Origin: Alistipes sp.
GTDB taxonomy: Bacteria; Bacteroidota; Bacteroidia; Bacteroidales; Rikenellaceae
Length of the DNA: 64,000 bases
Assembly: GCA_017465575.1 (NCBI GenBank)
Contig: JAFTVX010000015.1
Location: 15,835 to 79,834 of the forward strand
Direction: 5' to 3'
In this document: piece by piece, positions 17,334-26,881 of the stretch
Layout of the letters: the number at the start of each line of letters is the position of its first letter
Position numbering within the stretch: the first letter of the stretch is position 1
The notes under the pieces: model-generated
The model's database searches: none
What the model was told of the DNA's origin: nothing
The model's input: the letters and a program-made list of their open reading frames with translations, nothing else
Program-made: the position numbers and the translations under genes

Positions 17334-19559
17334 ATGAAACGCATTGTTCTATCGTTGGTTGCACTCTTCGTAACAGCTATCGTTGTAGCATCATCGCCCG
17401 AACGCACCATTCGCCCCATCTACCTCGACCCCGACGCACCCATAGAGGAGCGTGTGGAGGATGCCCTTAGTCGAATGACACTCCGCGAGAAGATTGCCAT
17501 TATCCACGCACAATCGAAGTTCTCATCACCAGGCGTACCTCGCCTCGGTATCGCCGAGCTTTGGTGCACCGATGGCCCTCACGGCATCCGTCCCGAGGTG
17601 TTGTGGGACGAGTGGGAGCAGGCACGCTGGACAAACGACTCTTGCACAGCCTACCCCGCCCTTACCTGCTTGGCTGCGACTTGGAATCGTGAGATTGCCG
17701 ACCTCTATGGCGTGAGCATCGGCGAGGAGGCACGCTACCGCGAGAAGGATATCTTGCTCGGCCCGGGCGTAAACATCTATCGCACACCCTATTGCGGTCG
17801 TAACTTCGAGTATATGGGCGAAGACCCCTACCTTGCATCGGAGATGGTTGTGCCATATATTCAGGGTGTTCAGCGACAGGGCGTTGCTGCCTGCGTTAAG
17901 CACTATGCGCTAAACAACGAGGAGCTATATCGCCATCAGGTCGATGTAGACCTCTCGGACCGTGCATTATACGAAATCTACCTCCCCGCATTCAAGGCTG
18001 CCGTGACGAAGGGTGGCGCTTGGAGCATTATGGGCTCTTACAACAAGTATCGTGGCACCTATGCTTGCCACAACGACCGCCTGCTCAACCAGATACTCAA
18101 GTCGGAGTGGGGCTTTGATGGCGTAGTCGTCTCGGACTGGGGTGGCACACACTCGACCATCGAGGCTATCCGCAATGGCCTTGACTTGGAGTTTGGCTCG
18201 TGGACAGATGGTCTGAGAGAGGGGGCAAGTAATGCCTACGATATGTACTATATGGCCATGCCCTATCTCGACCTTATCGAGAGTGGCGAGGTGGGCACAG
18301 AGGAGCTTGACGACAAGGTGCGCCGAGTATTGCGCATCACCTTCCGCACCGCGATGAACCCCTACAAACCATATGGCGCGATGTGCTCGGAGGCGCATAC
18401 CGAGGCTGCCCGTCGCATTGGCGAGGAGGGCATCGTACTGCTTAAGAATGAGCGCAATAACCTACCTATCGCAACCGATGCAAAGCGCATCTTGGTTGTT
18501 GGCGAGAATGCTGTGAAGATGATGACCGTAGGTGGTGGTAGCTCGTCGCTAAAAGTTAAGCACGAGTGCTCGCCTTTGGAGGGCATCGAGCGCTACTATG
18601 CGGGCAAGGCAGAGGTTATCTGGGTTCGTGGCTATGTCGGCGATATTACGGGCGACTACAATGGCGTGGTAACGGGTCAAAATCTTGCCGATGACCGCTC
18701 TGTTGAGGAGCTTATCTCGGAGGCTGTCGCATTGGCAAAAGATGCTGACCATGTTATCTTTATCGGCGGTCTTAACAAGAGCGATAGGCAGGATGCCGAG
18801 GGTTTCGACCGTGTGCAGTACGACCTACCCTACGCCCAAGATGAGCTTATCGAGGCGTTGGCAAAGGCCACAAAGCACCTCTCGGTGGTTCTCGTCTCGG
18901 GCAATGCTGTGGCGATGCCGTGGTTAGATGATGTAGAGTCGGTAGTGCAGACTTGGTATCTTGGCTCGGAGGCGGGTAACGCCCTTGCTCGCATACTCTC
19001 GGGCGAGGTAAACCCCAGCGGCAAACTCCCCTTCACCTTCGGCTACAAACTCGAGGACTACCCCTCACATGCCGAGGGTATGACCTTCCCCAACCCCGAT
19101 AAGGTGTATTATAGCGAGGATATTTTTGTCGGCTATCGTGGCTTCGAGAAGCGTGGCATAAAGCCCCTCTTCGCCTTTGGTCACGGCCTTAGCTACACCG
19201 AGTTTGAGTATAGCGATATCCGCCTATCGAAGGAGCGCATTGCCAAGGGCGAGACACTCCAACTAAGCGTAACTATCACCAACCGTGGCAAGCGCTCGGG
19301 CAAGGAGGTTATTCAGCTATATATCGCTGATAAAGAGACATCTGTTGCTCGCCCCGTAAAGGAGCTCAAAGGCTTCGAGAAGGTGGCTTTGGAGGCTGGC
19401 GAGAGCAAGGTTGTCAGCTTCGACATTAGCCCCGAGGCGTTGTCGTTCTACGACGATAGTGGCAAGGGCGAGTGGCGCTCGGAGAGTGGCGAATTTGAGG
19501 TATTGGTTGGCTCGGCATCCGACGATATCCGCCTTCGCAAAGGCTTTGTCTTGGAGTAG
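17334..19559 (+). CDS. Glycoside hydrolase family 3 beta-glucosidase
   Basis: Signal peptide, the KHYALNN motif, the GFDGVVVSDWGG nucleophile region and a C-terminal fibronectin-like domain (EVIQLYI). 741 aa. Confidence 0.85.
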   Translation: MKRIVLSLVALFVTAIVVASSPERTIRPIYLDPDAPIEERVEDALSRMTLREKIAIIHAQSKFSSPGVPRLGIAELWCTDGPHGIRPEVLWDEWEQARWTNDSCTAYPALTCLAATWNREIADLYGVSIGEEARYREKDILLGPGVNIYRTPYCGRNFEYMGEDPYLASEMVVPYIQGVQRQGVAACVKHYALNNEELYRHQVDVDLSDRALYEIYLPAFKAAVTKGGAWSIMGSYNKYRGTYACHNDRLLNQILKSEWGFDGVVVSDWGGTHSTIEAIRNGLDLEFGSWTDGLREGASNAYDMYYMAMPYLDLIESGEVGTEELDDKVRRVLRITFRTAMNPYKPYGAMCSEAHTEAARRIGEEGIVLLKNERNNLPIATDAKRILVVGENAVKMMTVGGGSSSLKVKHECSPLEGIERYYAGKAEVIWVRGYVGDITGDYNGVVTGQNLADDRSVEELISEAVALAKDADHVIFIGGLNKSDRQDAEGFDRVQYDLPYAQDELIEALAKATKHLSVVLVSGNAVAMPWLDDVESVVQTWYLGSEAGNALARILSGEVNPSGKLPFTFGYKLEDYPSHAEGMTFPNPDKVYYSEDIFVGYRGFEKRGIKPLFAFGHGLSYTEFEYSDIRLSKERIAKGETLQLSVTITNRGKRSGKEVIQLYIADKETSVARPVKELKGFEKVALEAGESKVVSFDISPEALSFYDDSGKGEWRSESGEFEVLVGSASDDIRLRKGFVLE

Positions 19560-19629
19560 CACACAACCCTCGATTGGTCTTTTTTGGATATTATGTGGCA
19601 TATTGTTTTGTAAAATACAAAAAATATGT

Positions 19630-19637
19630 TATCTTTG
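19630..19637 (+). promoter_or_regulatory. -7 box TATCTTTG (with -33 TTTG at 19607-19610) for the hydrogenase operon
   Basis: Both Bacteroidetes promoter elements are present with 19-nt spacing, about 50 nt upstream of the hydA ATG. Confidence 0.65.
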
Positions 19638-19688
19638 CTGGACTAACCGAAAACTTAATTTATCAGCATTCAATAAACACTTTACGAT

Positions 19689-21137
19689 ATGGCAATTAAG
19701 AATAATGTTATGATTGTTCGCCAGAGATTGCTTACCAAGCTTGTAAGCCTCTGGAACGAGGGTCAGCTTGTCGAGAAGATCGACCGAGTACCCATCGAGT
19801 TTAGTCCTCGCAACTCACAGGTTCGTGGCCGCTGCTGCATCCACAAGGAGCGTGCGGTATGGAAGTACAAGTCGTTGCCTTTGTTGGGCTACGATATGAC
19901 CGACGAGGCTGACGAGCTCACTCCCCTTTCAGACTACGCAAAGAGTGCTCTCGACCGCAAGAAGATCAAGGACAACATTATGTGCGTTATCGACGAGGCT
20001 TGTTCGTCGTGCGTTCGCACCAACTACGATATTACCAACCTTTGCCGTGGTTGCGTTGCTCGTGCTTGTGAGCACGCTTGTCCCAAGGGCGCTATCGAGT
20101 TCGACCCCGAGACATCGCAGGGCAAAATCAACCACAAGGTATGTATCAGCTGCGGTAAGTGTTTCGCTGCTTGTCCCTACCACGCTATCGTCTACATCCC
20201 CGTTCCTTGCGAGGAGGCTTGCCCCGTGGGTGCTATCTCGAAGGATGAGTATGGCGTTGAGCATATCGACGAGTCGAAGTGTATCTACTGCGGTAAGTGT
20301 ATGAATGCTTGCCCCTTCGGTGCTATCTTCGAGATTTCGCAGGTATTCGACATCTTGCAGGCTATCCGCCGTGGCGAGGAGGTTGTAGCGATGGTTGCTC
20401 CCTCAATCCTCTCGCAGTATGATATGCCCACCGAGCAGGTTTACGGTGCTATCAAGGCTATCGGCTTCAAGGATGTTATCGAGGTAGCGCGTGGTGCCGA
20501 GGTTACCACCGAGAAGGAGACTCACGAGTTTGCCGAGAAGATGGAGGAGGGTCAGCCCTTTATGACCACCTCTTGCTGCCCCTCATATATGGAGATGGCA
20601 CGCAAGCACGCTCCCGAGTTGCAGAAGTATATCTCTTCGACCTACTCACCTATGATTTACACCGCAGATATCGCACGCGAGAAGTATCCTAACGCTAAGC
20701 TCGTCTTCGTAGGTCCTTGTATCGCTAAGCGTAAGGAGGTTCGCCGTGAGGGTCTCGAGGGTAAGGTTGATTTCGTTCTCACCTACGAGGAGATTCACGC
20801 TATCCTTGGCGGTATGGGCATCGAGATTGGCGAGGCTAATGTTATGCCCGTTGAGTGCGCATCACGCCGCTCGGCACACGGCTTTGCAGAGAATGGTGGT
20901 GTAACAGCTGCTGTTCAGGAGTTCGTAAATGGCAAGATTGACTTCACTACCTTGCAGATTGCAGGCCTCAACAAGAAGAATGTCGCTCTGTTGAAGGCTT
21001 ACGGCAAGAGTGGCAAGGCTCCCGCACAGTTCATCGAGGTTATGGTCTGCGATGGTGGCTGTATCTCTGGTCCTAGCGTTCACACCGCCTACGACACCGG
21101 CAAGAAGACCTTTGCTTCGGAGCTTAACAAGCGCTAA
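19689..21137 (+). CDS. hydA: [FeFe]-hydrogenase catalytic subunit (short ferredoxin-domain type, probably group B)
   Basis: Two CxxCxxCxxxCP motifs (CISCGKCFAACP, CIYCGKCMNACP) and H-cluster motifs TSCCPSY, GPCIAKRKE and VMVCDGGCISGP. Followed by hydE/G/F. Confidence 0.85.
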   Translation: MAIKNNVMIVRQRLLTKLVSLWNEGQLVEKIDRVPIEFSPRNSQVRGRCCIHKERAVWKYKSLPLLGYDMTDEADELTPLSDYAKSALDRKKIKDNIMCVIDEACSSCVRTNYDITNLCRGCVARACEHACPKGAIEFDPETSQGKINHKVCISCGKCFAACPYHAIVYIPVPCEEACPVGAISKDEYGVEHIDESKCIYCGKCMNACPFGAIFEISQVFDILQAIRRGEEVVAMVAPSILSQYDMPTEQVYGAIKAIGFKDVIEVARGAEVTTEKETHEFAEKMEEGQPFMTTSCCPSYMEMARKHAPELQKYISSTYSPMIYTADIAREKYPNAKLVFVGPCIAKRKEVRREGLEGKVDFVLTYEEIHAILGGMGIEIGEANVMPVECASRRSAHGFAENGGVTAAVQEFVNGKIDFTTLQIAGLNKKNVALLKAYGKSGKAPAQFIEVMVCDGGCISGPSVHTAYDTGKKTFASELNKR

Positions 21138-21157
21138 AAGCTGATAACAGATTGTTT

Positions 21158-22216
21158 ATGCGTGAGTTAGTTGAGCGACTGGCCGAAGGTCAAAGGCTCG
21201 ACACCAAGAGCCTCAGTGCACTGCTCAAGCAGTGTACTTTGGACGACTCTTTGCTCGAACTACTCCGCGACTATGCCGTCCGAACTGCTCGCCAGCAGTT
21301 CGGACTTGGCATATATATACGAGGCCTAATCGAGCTTTCGAGCTACTGCCGCAACGACTGCCTCTACTGCGGTCTTAGGCGCAGCAACCGTTCGGCAGAG
21401 CGCTATCGCCTCTCGGCCGACGAGGTCTTGGAGTGTTGCAAGGAGGGCTATAAGCTCGGCTTCCGCACCTTCGTTATGCAGGGTGGCGAGGATGGCACCC
21501 ACTCCGACGAGTGGCTCGAGGAGCTTATCTGCCGTATCCGTAGCCTCTACCCCGATGTGGCTATCACCCTATCGTTGGGTGAGCGTAGCGAGGAGTCGTA
21601 CCGCCGTCTAAAGCGCGCGGGCGCCAACCGCTACCTACTGCGCCACGAGGCTGCCGACGAGGAGCTATACGCCTCGTTGCACCCCGATGGCCGAGGCATC
21701 AAACACCGTCTTGGCTGTATCGAAGCACTACAACGAGCAGAGTATCAGGTGGGTATGGGCATGATGATTGGCGTTAAGGGTCAGACCATCGACCATATCG
21801 CCGAAGACTTGTTGCTCGTTAAGAAGTACGATTGCCAGATGGTTGGCATCGGGCCCTTCCTTCCGCATAGCGCCACACCATTGGGTGGTGAGCCAGCGGG
21901 AGACCTACGACTAACACTCGCTGCCGTAGCCATTGCACGACTACTTCTACCTAAGGCACTGATACCAGCCACCACGGCACTCGCCACGCTTACGCCACGC
22001 GGGCGTTTGGAGGGTATACTCTCGGGCGCTAATGTCGTGATGCCCAACCTCTCACCCTCGGATGTTAGGGCGAAGTATGCCATTTATGAGAATAAGGCAT
22101 CGTGGGGCAAGGAGGCTGCCGAGGGTTTGGCAGCTTTGGAGAGCGAGTTGGAGAGCATAGGTTACCACATCGACTTTTCGAGAGGTGACTACCCCAAAAG
22201 TGAGAATCCCAAATAA
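21158..22216 (+). CDS. hydE: [FeFe]-hydrogenase H-cluster radical SAM maturase HydE
   Basis: CRNDCLYC radical SAM motif, biotin-synthase-like fold length, and position between hydA and hydG. The ATG at 21158 is preferred over the TTG at 21152. Confidence 0.8.
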   Translation: MRELVERLAEGQRLDTKSLSALLKQCTLDDSLLELLRDYAVRTARQQFGLGIYIRGLIELSSYCRNDCLYCGLRRSNRSAERYRLSADEVLECCKEGYKLGFRTFVMQGGEDGTHSDEWLEELICRIRSLYPDVAITLSLGERSEESYRRLKRAGANRYLLRHEAADEELYASLHPDGRGIKHRLGCIEALQRAEYQVGMGMMIGVKGQTIDHIAEDLLLVKKYDCQMVGIGPFLPHSATPLGGEPAGDLRLTLAAVAIARLLLPKALIPATTALATLTPRGRLEGILSGANVVMPNLSPSDVRAKYAIYENKASWGKEAAEGLAALESELESIGYHIDFSRGDYPKSENPK

Positions 22217-22230
22217 TAATATAAGTGTCA

Positions 22231-23661
22231 ATGAGTAATATTAAATATGATGTAAAGTCGGAGCACGCCGCCGAGTTTATCCACGATGGCGAGATTCGTG
22301 CCACCCTGGAGTATGGTCGTGAGCATCGCAACGACCTCGCTCTTATCGACGAGATTTTGTCAAAGGCAGAGGAGGGCAAGGGCATCAGCCACCGCGAGGC
22401 TGCCGTGCTTATCGAGGTTGAGGACAAGGAGGTCGAGGAGCGTATCTTCGCCATTGCCCGCAAGCTCAAGGAGCGCATATACGGCAACCGTATCGTGATG
22501 TTTGCGCCGTTGTATCTCTCGAACTACTGCGTAAATGGCTGTGTATATTGTCCTTACCACGCTAAGAACCGCACCATTCCTCGCCGTAAGCTTACACAAG
22601 AGGAGATTCGCCGTGAGGTTATCGCCCTTCAGGATATGGGTCATAAGCGCTTGGCGCTGGAGACTGGCGAGCATCCGTTGCAGAGCCCCATTGAGTATGT
22701 CTTGGAGTCTATCGACACCATCTACTCTATCCACCACAAGAATGGCGCAATCCGTCGTGTGAATGTCAATATTGCGGCAACTACCGTAGAGAACTATACA
22801 AAATTGAAGGATGCCGGCATCGGCACATATATCCTCTTCGAGGAGACCTACGACCGCGAGGCATACGAGCGCCTTCACCCCACAGGCCCCAAGAGCGACT
22901 GGGCATACCACACCGAGGCTATGGACCGTGCTATGCTGGGAGGCATCGACGATGTTGGCGTAGGTGCTTTGTTCGGCTTGTCGAACTACCGCTACGATGT
23001 TGTGGGCATCTTGATGCACGCCGAGCACCTCGAGGCTCGCTTTGGCGTAGGCCCTCACACAATCAGCGTACCCCGCATCCGCCCTGCTGACGATATCGAC
23101 CCCAAGGACTTCCCTGATGCAGTTACCGACGAGGTTTTCCGCCGTATCGTTGCCGTGTTGCGTATCGCCGTGCCATATACCGGTATGATTGTCTCGACTC
23201 GTGAGTCGAAGCGTTGCCGTGAGCTGGCTCTCGATGTTGGCGTATCGCAGCTTAGCGGTGGTTCAAAGACATCGGTAGGTGGCTATGCCGAGGGCATCGA
23301 GGATGCCGAGGATTCGGCGCAGTTCGATATCTCGGACAACCGCACACTCGACGAGATTATCGCTTGGCTCTTGGAGTTGGGCTACCTGCCCAGCTTCTGC
23401 ACAGCTTGCTACCGCGAGGGTCGCACGGGCGACAGATTTATGTCGTTGGCAAAGCGTGGCTTAATAGGCAACTGTTGCGCACCTAACGCGCTGATGACAC
23501 TTGCCGAGTACCTCGAGGACTACGCATCGCCCCGCGTGAAACTCCTTGGCAAGCAGATGATTGCAAGCCAGACACCGATAATCCCCTCGGAGAAGGTTCG
23601 CCAAATTACCGAGCGTAATTTGGAGGCTATCGTAAACGGCAAGCGCGATTTTAGATTCTAA
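22231..23661 (+). CDS. hydG: [FeFe]-hydrogenase H-cluster radical SAM maturase HydG
   Basis: CVNGCVYCPY radical SAM motif and a C-terminal auxiliary cluster region (CTACYREGRTGDRF). ThiH-like, about 476 aa. A GTG at 22225 is an alternative start. Confidence 0.85.
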   Translation: MSNIKYDVKSEHAAEFIHDGEIRATLEYGREHRNDLALIDEILSKAEEGKGISHREAAVLIEVEDKEVEERIFAIARKLKERIYGNRIVMFAPLYLSNYCVNGCVYCPYHAKNRTIPRRKLTQEEIRREVIALQDMGHKRLALETGEHPLQSPIEYVLESIDTIYSIHHKNGAIRRVNVNIAATTVENYTKLKDAGIGTYILFEETYDREAYERLHPTGPKSDWAYHTEAMDRAMLGGIDDVGVGALFGLSNYRYDVVGILMHAEHLEARFGVGPHTISVPRIRPADDIDPKDFPDAVTDEVFRRIVAVLRIAVPYTGMIVSTRESKRCRELALDVGVSQLSGGSKTSVGGYAEGIEDAEDSAQFDISDNRTLDEIIAWLLELGYLPSFCTACYREGRTGDRFMSLAKRGLIGNCCAPNALMTLAEYLEDYASPRVKLLGKQMIASQTPIIPSEKVRQITERNLEAIVNGKRDFRF

Positions 23662-23665
23662 GCCT

Positions 23666-24847
23666 ATGCAGACAACTCCCACCTCCGAGAGGGTACATAT
23701 CTCGCTCTTTGGTCGCACCAATGCTGGCAAGTCGGCACTCGCCAATAGGCTTGTGGGTCAGGATGTTGCGATAGTATCGGCTACGGCAGGCACTACGACC
23801 GACCCAGTGCAGAAGGCCATCGAGATTAACGGCCTTGGCGCAGCGCTTATCATCGACACCCCGGGTCTCGACGACATCACAGCGTTGGGCAAGGAGCGCA
23901 TGGCACGCACAGCGCGTATGTTAGATAAGACCGATATCGCCATCGTGCTATTTACGGATGCTGGCACAGATACCGAACTTAAACTCTTGGAGGAGTGCCG
24001 AGTAAGGGAGATTCCCACGATTGTAGCGCTTACGCAGAGCGACCGCATAGCCGATAGCGAGGCGTTGACAAAGCACATTAACTTACTCACTAACAAGGAG
24101 GTAATCCGCATAAGCTCGACTACGGGCGAGGGCATTGATGCTCTGCGTGATGCAATCGTTAGGTGCCGACCAAGCGACGAAAGGCTAATAACGGAGGGCT
24201 TCTGCGAGGCGGGCGATATCGTTATGCTCGTTATGCCTCAGGATGCCTCTGCTCCAAAGGGTCGACTAATCCAGCCCCAGGTGCAGACCATTCGTGAGTT
24301 GCTCGACAGAGGGTGTGTACCTATCTGCTCGACCCCCGACCATATGGCAGAGGCGTTGGCAGGGCTAAAGCAAGCACCCCGACTTATAATCACCGACTCA
24401 CAAGCATTCGAGGCGGTATATCGCCTAAAGCCCGAAGCTTCGACGCTCACCTCGTTCTCGATACTCTTTGCACGCTATAAGGGTGATATTAAGCTATTTA
24501 CCGAGGGCGTAAAGGCGTTAGGCAGACTAACTCCAACATCACGCATCCTTATCGCCGAGGCTTGTAGCCATACGCCACAAAACGAGGATATTGGTCGTGT
24601 GAAGCTACCCCGCATCCTACGCAAGAAGTTTGGCGAGAGTCTAAACATCGACATCGTAGGTGGCAACGACTACCCCGAGGACCTCACGCAGTACGACCTT
24701 GTGATACATTGCGGCGCTTGTATGTTCAATCGCAAGCATGTGTTGAGTCGTGTGGAGCGTGCTCGAGGTCAGGGTGTTGCGATAACAAACTACGGTGTGA
24801 TACTCGCAGCCTTAACAGGCATCCTCGACCGCGTGCGCACCGAGTAG
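23666..24847 (+). CDS. hydF: [FeFe]-hydrogenase H-cluster maturation GTPase HydF
   Basis: GRTNAGKS P-loop, DTPG, TQSD (NKxD-like), and a C-terminal CSH...HCGAC cluster-binding region. Confidence 0.85.
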   Translation: MQTTPTSERVHISLFGRTNAGKSALANRLVGQDVAIVSATAGTTTDPVQKAIEINGLGAALIIDTPGLDDITALGKERMARTARMLDKTDIAIVLFTDAGTDTELKLLEECRVREIPTIVALTQSDRIADSEALTKHINLLTNKEVIRISSTTGEGIDALRDAIVRCRPSDERLITEGFCEAGDIVMLVMPQDASAPKGRLIQPQVQTIRELLDRGCVPICSTPDHMAEALAGLKQAPRLIITDSQAFEAVYRLKPEASTLTSFSILFARYKGDIKLFTEGVKALGRLTPTSRILIAEACSHTPQNEDIGRVKLPRILRKKFGESLNIDIVGGNDYPEDLTQYDLVIHCGACMFNRKHVLSRVERARGQGVAITNYGVILAALTGILDRVRTE

Positions 24848-24872
24848 TTTTTGTGATTACAAGAAAAATATG

Positions 24873-24880
24873 TAACTTTG
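24873..24880 (+). promoter_or_regulatory. -7 box TAACTTTG (with -33 TTTG at 24850-24853) for hpt
   Basis: Consensus elements with 19-nt spacing, 25 nt upstream of the hpt ATG. Confidence 0.6.
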
Positions 24881-24904
24881 GACAAAATATAATTATTAAC
24901 GACT

Positions 24905-25453
24905 ATGGCAGATATCGAAAGAATCAAACTTTTAGACCGTAAGTTCAAGACTATGATCCCCGCCGAGGAGATTGACAAGGCTGTTCAGCGTGTTGCCGAC
25001 CAGCTCAACGAGCGCTACAAGGGCAAGACACCTATCTTCCTTGGCGTGTTGAGCGGTGCTTTCCTCTTCCTCAGCGACTTGGTGCGTAAGACCACCTTCG
25101 ACTGCCGTTTGGCATTCGTAAAGATTTCGTCGTACAACGGCACACAGTCGACAGGCACAATCAAGCAGCACCTCGGCATCGACTTCGACATCGAGGGCAA
25201 GGATATCATCATCATCGAGGATATCGTCGAGACTGGTCATAGCATGAACTACTTGCTCGACTACCTTAAGGAGCGTAACCCTGCAAGCATCTCGATTTGC
25301 ACACTCTTCTTCAAGCCCGATAAGTTCCTCTATGAGTACAACATCGACTATGTGGCGATGCCTATCGGCAATGAGTTTATCGTAGGCTACGGCTTGGACT
25401 ACAACCAGATTGGTCGTAACCTCAAGGATATCTATGTGCTCGATGAAGATTAA
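24905..25453 (+). CDS. hpt: Hypoxanthine phosphoribosyltransferase
   Basis: DIIIIEDIVETGHSM PRPP-binding motif. 182 aa. Confidence 0.9.
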   Translation: MADIERIKLLDRKFKTMIPAEEIDKAVQRVADQLNERYKGKTPIFLGVLSGAFLFLSDLVRKTTFDCRLAFVKISSYNGTQSTGTIKQHLGIDFDIEGKDIIIIEDIVETGHSMNYLLDYLKERNPASISICTLFFKPDKFLYEYNIDYVAMPIGNEFIVGYGLDYNQIGRNLKDIYVLDED

Positions 25454-26078
25454 TCCCGACTTGGAGATACTCAAAGGGGGCAGACTACTCCCCCTTGTCG
25501 AGGACTTCTACACCGTGCAGGGCGAGGGCTACCACTCTGGTAAGCCAGCCTACTTCATACGCCTTGGTGGCTGTGATGTAGGTTGCCGTTGGTGCGATGC
25601 CAAGTACACCTGGAATCCCAAGATGTATCCTCCGACAGAGGTGGAGACCATCATCACGCGCGCTGCATCGTGCTCGGCACAGGCTATCGTCATCACGGGT
25701 GGCGAACCTCTGCTCTACCCTCTTGGCGAGCTTACGCGCGGTCTGCACGAGCGAGGTTTGGAGATATTCCTCGAGACATCGGGTACTCAGCCCCTTAGTG
25801 GCGAGTTCGACTGGGTGTGCCTATCGCCCAAGCGCCAGCTTCCGCCGTTGGAGGAGGCATTCCGCCGTGCCGACGAACTGAAGGTTATCATCCAGAGCGA
25901 GGATGACCTGCAATGGGCTGTGGAGTGTAGCAAGCGCGTAAAGTCGAAGTGTAGACTCTATCTGCAACCCGAGTGGAGTGTCTACGAAGAGATTATACCT
26001 ACGATTGTTGAGTGGGTCAAGGAGAATCCCGTGTGGAATATCTCTATTCAGACCCATAAGTTTATGCATATACCTTAA
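25443..26078 (+). CDS. queE: 7-carboxy-7-deazaguanine synthase (radical SAM)
   Basis: FYTVQGEG and GGCDVGCRWCD motifs typical of QueE. The ATG at 25443 overlaps the hpt end by 11 nt. Confidence 0.8.
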   Translation: MKINPDLEILKGGRLLPLVEDFYTVQGEGYHSGKPAYFIRLGGCDVGCRWCDAKYTWNPKMYPPTEVETIITRAASCSAQAIVITGGEPLLYPLGELTRGLHERGLEIFLETSGTQPLSGEFDWVCLSPKRQLPPLEEAFRRADELKVIIQSEDDLQWAVECSKRVKSKCRLYLQPEWSVYEEIIPTIVEWVKENPVWNISIQTHKFMHIP

Positions 26079-26080
26079 CG

Positions 26081-26356
26081 ATGAAGGGCAAATTTGGAAA
26101 ATTCTTCTGGCTGGGTGTAACGCTCACCATCGGCATCTTTACCGCCTTTATCTGCATACGCACCCTCACGGACATGGTGCGTACGAATGCGCGTAGCCGT
26201 GAGCTTCGCACCAAGATAGAGCAGTTGGAGAAGAAGATTTCGGCCGATAGCACATTTATCCACCAGCTCAACACCTCGCCCGAGTTCTTGGAGAAGGTTG
26301 CCCGCGAGCAATATCATATGCAGCGACAGGGCGAAACGGTATATATTTTGGAGTAG
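26081..26356 (+). CDS. ftsB: Septum formation initiator family protein (FtsB/DivIC-like)
   Basis: 91 aa with a single TM segment followed by a coiled coil (ELRTKIEQLEKKI) and the EKVAREQYHM motif. Confidence 0.7.
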   Translation: MKGKFGKFFWLGVTLTIGIFTAFICIRTLTDMVRTNARSRELRTKIEQLEKKISADSTFIHQLNTSPEFLEKVAREQYHMQRQGETVYILE

Positions 26357-26881
26357 GAAAAACGAGATTATTTTTAAGAGAAAAAGAGGGCTTAGGCTCT
26401 CTTTTTTTTATGCAATAAATCAGCAAAAAAACGCCTATAACTATCCACCTAAAACAAATCTATAAAAATATATTATCTTACTAATATTCAACAATATAAA
26501 CAATTTATAAGATTTATACAATCCACTTTTTTTGCATTTTTAAGCGATGCGTAATTAACACCAATTTCAGCATTGAAAAAACTCCCACTCTACCCTCCAC
26601 TTATTCGGCAAACGCAAAATAGCGTTTACCATTAATAATCAACACTTTAAATTTTGCACCCATTTATATTTCGTCTATTTTGCGTAAAATTTTATCGTGA
26701 AAAAGTTTGTTATTTTCAAAAATAAACTCTACCTTTATAATGCGAAAAATAGGAATAGTTATGCCCAAAAATGGGCAAAATCGGGCTTTTTTAACCAAAT
26801 TCAGCTGACCCTGCCCGACTGATGCAAACTTTTACGACACAAAACAACACTTAAAATATCATTAACTAACAACAAAAGCCT

